A stretch of 64,000 nt of DNA from Dehalococcoidia bacterium. GTDB lineage: Bacteria > Chloroflexota > Dehalococcoidia > UBA6926. The notes below the pieces were generated by a model, which saw only the letters and a list, made by a program, of their open reading frames with translations, was not told the DNA's origin and did not search any database. The stretch's first letter is position 1; each line of letters begins with the position of its first letter. The position numbers were made by a program, and so were the translations under genes. Positions 59,764 to 64,000 of the stretch are shown piece after piece. The stretch covers positions 1,123,190 to 1,187,189 of the forward strand of contig OZ242203.1 in assembly GCA_965206275.1 (NCBI GenBank), written 5' to 3'.

Positions 59764-60456
59764 TTAGGAATTCGCTTGAATGGCAACGATGGCGTCGCGA
59801 TTGGGGATGTCTTCAAGTGAGAGGCGAGGTGTCTCAGGCAGGAGAGCTGCCATGGCCGCAGCGAATTGAGAAGCCGTGATGGCACTGCGTGTCTCTGTAA
59901 GACGTACGAGAAAAGCTGTGGACGTTGCAGCCAGGATAAATGGGCCAGGTTCACGCCGAGCTTCGGGCGTGGATTCTATGGTGAGCCATCTTTCTTGCCA
60001 CCACAGCCGCAGCCCGTTTTCAGGGCCGAGGGACAGGGCGATGGGCGCGTCAATAGAAGCGGTTTCTGCGTCAGCCTCTGTGAAGAAAAGCGCCCCGGCG
60101 CCCGAGGTGGGAAATCCCGGCTGCCGATCGCTGGCGTCAAATCCTCCGGCTATGATGCCTATAAGCGAGCGGCCGAATCTGCCCAACAAGGCCGAATCAA
60201 TATCGGTGGCGAATCGACTAGCCAGCACGATCTCGGCGTCCAGCCAGGACCACGGGATATGTTCTGCTCGTAACAATGAGGACCCGAAGGCAAGTTCAAT
60301 ACCGGCGGGTACGAGCGATTCACGTTCCTGAGCGGGCAACGAGTCCGTGACCAGAAGACCGGTTGAGCGGCCAAGACGCGCTGCGGTCAGCGTAGCGAAA
60401 GCGGTGGCGGCGGTGGGCCCACCGATGGCCACAAAATCAGGCGGACTGCCTGTCAT
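59764..60456 (-). CDS. degenerate PfkB/ribokinase-like protein
   Basis: GG..A.A..TAARLG N-motif, IP.SW....I, LGPENG; lacks the DxxGAGD anion-hole motif. Confidence 0.5.
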   Translation of the reverse strand: MTGSPPDFVAIGGPTAATAFATLTAARLGRSTGLLVTDSLPAQERESLVPAGIELAFGSSLLRAEHIPWSWLDAEIVLASRFATDIDSALLGRFGRSLIGIIAGGFDASDRQPGFPTSGAGALFFTEADAETASIDAPIALSLGPENGLRLWWQERWLTIESTPEARREPGPFILAATSTAFLVRLTETRSAITASQFAAAMAALLPETPRLSLEDIPNRDAIVAIQANS

Positions 60457-61406
60457 CAGCGAGGAGCTTCCTCATCCTCCTCAAGTTCCTCTTCATCCTC
60501 GTCGATGTAGTCCTCGTCGTCATAATCCTCATCGTCGTATTCGTCTTCATCATCGTAGTCGTCATCGTCATATTCTTCGTCGTCGTACTCATCGAGGTCT
60601 TCATCTTCCTCAATGTAGTCATCATCCTCGTACTCATCCTCATCGACGGGCGGCGTGGACAAGGGAGGTTCCTGGACGGCAGCACGACCGCCGCGCTGGT
60701 CACCGCCGCCGCGTGGGGCCTGCTGGATGGTGACGCGTCGATTCTCGCCGTGGCCCGTGCTGCCCGTGATGACGGCCGGATTGTTTGCAAGCGTCATGTG
60801 GATGATGCGACGGTCGGCGGGCGACATGGGGTCGAGGGTGATGGGACGCCTCCGCCTGCGCACGTGATCCGCGGCGCGGAGGGCAATCTGCTGGAGGCGA
60901 TAGATGTGGCGCTGCTGGTAGCCCTCCACGTCAATGCGGAGGGGAACGTAATGTCCAACAGAGCGCGAGACGATGGTGTTGAGGAGCATCTGAACGTGGC
61001 GAAGCGTCTGACCGCGCCGTCCGATCAACAGGCCGGCGTCTTCCCTCTCAACGTCGAGAACGATGGGGTCTCCGGGCTCAAAGGGGCGGGTGGGATCGCT
61101 TCCGGGGACATAGACGGAGATGTCGGCATCAACATCCATGTATCGGAGCAGTTCGGCGAGAATCTCTTGCGCGCTCTCTGCATCCGCGGAGAGGGACGCG
61201 AATGATGCGTACTCGTCATCATCGCCTTCCTGCCGCACTCGCAAGCGAACCCGCGCATCTTCTGAGCGGAGCCCCAGCAAGCCGGAGCGCCCTTCGCTAA
61301 CGACGTGGACGTCGACGTCTTCGCGGTCGAGTCCGAGTTCGTCTAGTCCTCGCCGAATCGCTTCCTCGACGGTCCTCCCCGTCCATTCCAGACTCTGATC
61401 CATCAT
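60456..61406 (-). CDS. jag: Jag/EloR (KhpB) RNA-binding protein with acidic tail
   Basis: GRTVEEAI..GL..L, KH GLLIGRRGQTL, R3H RRIIH, STGHGENRRV. Confidence 0.9.
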   Translation of the reverse strand: MMDQSLEWTGRTVEEAIRRGLDELGLDREDVDVHVVSEGRSGLLGLRSEDARVRLRVRQEGDDDEYASFASLSADAESAQEILAELLRYMDVDADISVYVPGSDPTRPFEPGDPIVLDVEREDAGLLIGRRGQTLRHVQMLLNTIVSRSVGHYVPLRIDVEGYQQRHIYRLQQIALRAADHVRRRRRPITLDPMSPADRRIIHMTLANNPAVITGSTGHGENRRVTIQQAPRGGGDQRGGRAAVQEPPLSTPPVDEDEYEDDDYIEEDEDLDEYDDEEYDDDDYDDEDEYDDEDYDDEDYIDEDEEELEEDEEAPR

Positions 61407-62208
61407 TTGACCTCGTCTCCAGCTGAGGGGTTGGAGGGACAGTGGCATTCGCAGCGACCCGTGGCCGACCAGGAATCAGATTCCCCCACCCGGATATGAA
61501 TCCCTGCATACCAATCGTTATGAAGTTAGAGACGAACCAGTATAGGGCTAAGCCCGATGGGAAAGTAAAGGCAAGGAATCCCAGCATGATGGGGAACAGG
61601 AACAACATAATCTGCTGTTGCTGTCTCTGCTGGTCAGACATGGCGGGCGGCTGCATGATTCGCTGCTGCGCCCACGTGGATGCCGCGACAAGCAGAGGCA
61701 TAAGGGGCGTGGGGTCAGGAGCAGAGAGGTCCAGTGTGCCGATAATCCACGGCATCTCCGTGTTCAACGGCAACACTTCACCGCCAACGGGCAGCCACGA
61801 ATAGAGACGCTGCGAGAGGTAGACAAAGCTGCCGGGCAGGTTACCCAAGCCCTTGATGATTGCCCAGTACAACCCAATCCAGATCGGGAACTGCACAACC
61901 ATCGGCCCCAGGCAGCCGAGCGGACTGACGCCGGCCTCCCGGTACATCTTCATCGTCTCGCGCTGCTGGAGCTGCGGGTTGTTCTTGTAGCGGTTGCGGA
62001 TCTCCTGCATCTGCGGCTGAAGCGCCTGCATCTTGGCGGAGGACTGCAGCTGCTTGATGGTCAACGGATAGAAGGCCACGCGGACGACGACGGTGAGGGC
62101 GATGATGGCAAGCGCCATGCTGTCAAAGAGCAGGCTGTAGAGCAGCACCAGCCCGTTCAGCATCGGCTGGAGAAGCAGGAAGATAAAGATATCGCCAACG
62201 ACTTCCAT
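61297..62208 (-). CDS. yidC: membrane protein insertase YidC/Oxa1 (short type)
   Basis: AIIALTVVVR...PL, LQPQMQEI, GCLGP..QFPI, PSGLALYW..SN. Confidence 0.92.
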   Translation of the reverse strand: MEVVGDIFIFLLLQPMLNGLVLLYSLLFDSMALAIIALTVVVRVAFYPLTIKQLQSSAKMQALQPQMQEIRNRYKNNPQLQQRETMKMYREAGVSPLGCLGPMVVQFPIWIGLYWAIIKGLGNLPGSFVYLSQRLYSWLPVGGEVLPLNTEMPWIIGTLDLSAPDPTPLMPLLVAASTWAQQRIMQPPAMSDQQRQQQQIMLFLFPIMLGFLAFTFPSGLALYWFVSNFITIGMQGFISGWGNLIPGRPRVAANATVPPTPQLETRSNDGSESGMDGEDRRGSDSARTRRTRTRPRRRRRPRR

Positions 62209-62217
62209 AGCTGCTGC

Positions 62218-63345
62218 CTAGCTCTCCACCGGGAAGACCCGCACGGGTTGTCTCAATGAGGGCGACGCGCGGTAGATTGCGCCGTCCTGGGCAAAGAACA
62301 GCGCATCGCTTTCTCCGAACGCCACAATCGGCGCGTAGACGGGATCGGGCAGTTTGCCGCCCACGATGCCCTGCCCGGTCACGGGATCGATCCACCACGT
62401 CTCTTTCTCTTCGTTGGCGATACTGATGTGGCTGCCCGTCAGGGTCGGGTTGCTCTGTATTGCGCCGCCGGTCATGACGGGATCCAACACCTGCGCGCCC
62501 GTGTCCTTGTCGAGGATGTACAGGGAGTGATCGAGGGATGGCGCAAACAGGCGATCACCGATGATGAGTGGAGCGGCCCAGAACCAGTTATCCGCGGTGA
62601 ACGGCGCCGACCAGCGTGGCTCACCGTTCGTGGCGTCCAGCGCATAGAGGTTGTTGTCGAACGCGCCCGCGTAGAGGACCCCGGCATGCAGCGTCATACC
62701 GCCGATGCCGGCATCCGCCTGATGCCGCCACGCCTCAGTGCCGGGGCTCTCGTCCATGTGAACTGCGTGCAGCGTGCCGCCCAGCGTGGCCACGTACACC
62801 AGTCCGTCACCGATGACGGGCGTGCCCCAGATCTGGGAGTCGGCCTCGAATGTCCACAGCGTGGATGCGTTCGTGATGTCGATTGCGTATAGTGTCCCGC
62901 GCTCCGTATCTGATGTGCCCTCGGTGCCAAACAGGAGTACGCCGTCCGGCGTCAGCGCCGGCCCGCCGACGATCGGGGAGTCGGCTTCAAAGAACGGGAT
63001 GCACTCAGCCTCGGATTCCGGCAACAGCGAATCGGGGTCTACGGCGTACAAAACCCCGTCAAATCCCCCCGCATAGATGCGCCCATCATATAGCAGGGGC
63101 GCGCCAAAGATAGCGCGGATGCTATTGCGGCCCTCACCTGTTTCGCACCGCCCCAGCTCCTGGCCGGTAATGATGTTGCCGACGACGATGTGGCCGGTGT
63201 CAGTGCCTATGACGACGGTCTCCTCAGCAAGAAAGACAGGCGCGGCCCACGGCTTCGGATCGTACAGGCTGCCCGCCGTGCAGCCGAACGCCGTGAGCAG
63301 CGCGAAGACGGCAATGAGCAGGAACGCTTTACGGGACAGGGTCAT
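62218..63345 (-). CDS. PQQ-like beta-propeller repeat lipoprotein
   Basis: Signal peptide with AFGC lipobox; repeated G..DG.LYA.D..G...W.F blades. Confidence 0.85.
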   Translation of the reverse strand: MTLSRKAFLLIAVFALLTAFGCTAGSLYDPKPWAAPVFLAEETVVIGTDTGHIVVGNIITGQELGRCETGEGRNSIRAIFGAPLLYDGRIYAGGFDGVLYAVDPDSLLPESEAECIPFFEADSPIVGGPALTPDGVLLFGTEGTSDTERGTLYAIDITNASTLWTFEADSQIWGTPVIGDGLVYVATLGGTLHAVHMDESPGTEAWRHQADAGIGGMTLHAGVLYAGAFDNNLYALDATNGEPRWSAPFTADNWFWAAPLIIGDRLFAPSLDHSLYILDKDTGAQVLDPVMTGGAIQSNPTLTGSHISIANEEKETWWIDPVTGQGIVGGKLPDPVYAPIVAFGESDALFFAQDGAIYRASPSLRQPVRVFPVES

Positions 63346-63538
63346 AGCCCCCTTCCCGGAACGGATGGCATCGCGCCAGCCGCCGCGCCGCCATGACCGT
63401 GCCACGTAGCGCGCCGTGCCGTTCCACAGCCTCACGCGCGTAGTCGGAGCACGTGGGCTGATAGCGGCAGGCGGCGGGTAGAAGCGGTGAGAGGACGAAC
63501 TTGTACAGCCGCAGGAGGCCCAGGGCCAGATACTTCAT
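63329..63538 (-). CDS. yidD: membrane protein insertion efficiency factor
   Basis: [26 protein letters not shown]. Confidence 0.93.
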   Translation of the reverse strand: MKYLALGLLRLYKFVLSPLLPAACRYQPTCSDYAREAVERHGALRGTVMAARRLARCHPFREGGYDPVP

Positions 63539-63547
63539 ATGCTTTGC

Positions 63548-63934
63548 TTAGTCCCGATGAGAATCTGTCGTGTCAGTGGAGCCTGTCGCGATTTCTCTAT
63601 CACACAGCCCGGCGCGCTTGAGAACGTCGGCAACCGCATCTTCGATGCCGCGATAGTCCGCTCGCGTGATCTGCGGTCTGGCGATAAACACGAGGTCGAC
63701 TCCTGATTCGCTTGGGCCCAGCTTGCGGACCGCAGCGCGCAGTCGCCGCTTGACGGCGTTGCGCGTGACTGCGCCGCCCACGCGCTTGCTGACGGCATAG
63801 CCGGCGCGCATGGTATTCACATCGTTCGGCGCGTAGCGAAGGACGACAAGCTCATTGGCACGGCCCTTGCCGATGTGGGAAACGCGGTCGAAATCGGAAC
63901 TCCGACGCAGCCGGTGATCCGCCGTCCGTGGCAT
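63548..63934 (-). CDS. rnpA: ribonuclease P protein component
   Basis: RLRRSSDF, GYAVSKRVGGAVTRNAVKRRLR, DLVFIAR. Confidence 0.92.
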   Translation of the reverse strand: MPRTADHRLRRSSDFDRVSHIGKGRANELVVLRYAPNDVNTMRAGYAVSKRVGGAVTRNAVKRRLRAAVRKLGPSESGVDLVFIARPQITRADYRGIEDAVADVLKRAGLCDREIATGSTDTTDSHRD

Positions 63935-63944
63935 GGCAGAGATG

Positions 63945-64000
63945 TTAGACGCTGAGACGGTGACGCCCCTTGGTGCGTCGACGCGCAACAACGTTTCTGC
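63945..64000 (-). CDS. rpmH: 50S ribosomal protein L34, 3' end only (not in ORF track)
   Basis: Minus strand reads RNVVARRRTKGRHRLSV-stop immediately upstream of rnpA. Confidence 0.85.
   Translation of the reverse strand, partial: RNVVARRRTKGRHRLSV

Overview
GC-rich bacterial chromosome window, most consistent with Chloroflexota/Dehalococcoidia (inferred from the gene orders dnaA-obgE-nadD and rpmH-rnpA-yidD-PQQ propeller-yidC-jag, a type-2 IleRS, and MaoC/crotonase/FAH/DinB genes typical of SAR202-like genomes). The region from about 22 to 64 kb is housekeeping: rplY, gyrB, dnaJ, dnaN, der-plsY-gpsA, argF, panC, coaE, selA, era, nadD, obgE, a likely oriC, dnaA, fmt, ileS and the yidC operon. 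The left third is more accessory: a cobamide salvage operon (cobO-cobT-cobS-cobU), a lower-GC HNH + stand-alone EcoRII-N pair, a three-gene TPR/membrane operon, and the best candidate for a new system. That candidate is a four-gene, host-like, phage-derived structural cassette (14122-17920: major capsid, head-tail adaptor, beta-propeller/hub-like protein, small OB-fold spike-like protein). It has no integrase, portal, terminase, replication or lysis gene nearby, carries a LexA-type operator, and lies about 1.6 kb from a comM gene with its own LexA-type boxes, which suggests a domesticated, SOS-linked gene-transfer-agent-like particle. Short palindromic mosaic repeats fill intergenic spaces between 4 and 27 kb. 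No rRNA, tRNA, CRISPR array or IS transposase was seen. All assignments come from reading motifs by eye; no database search was run.
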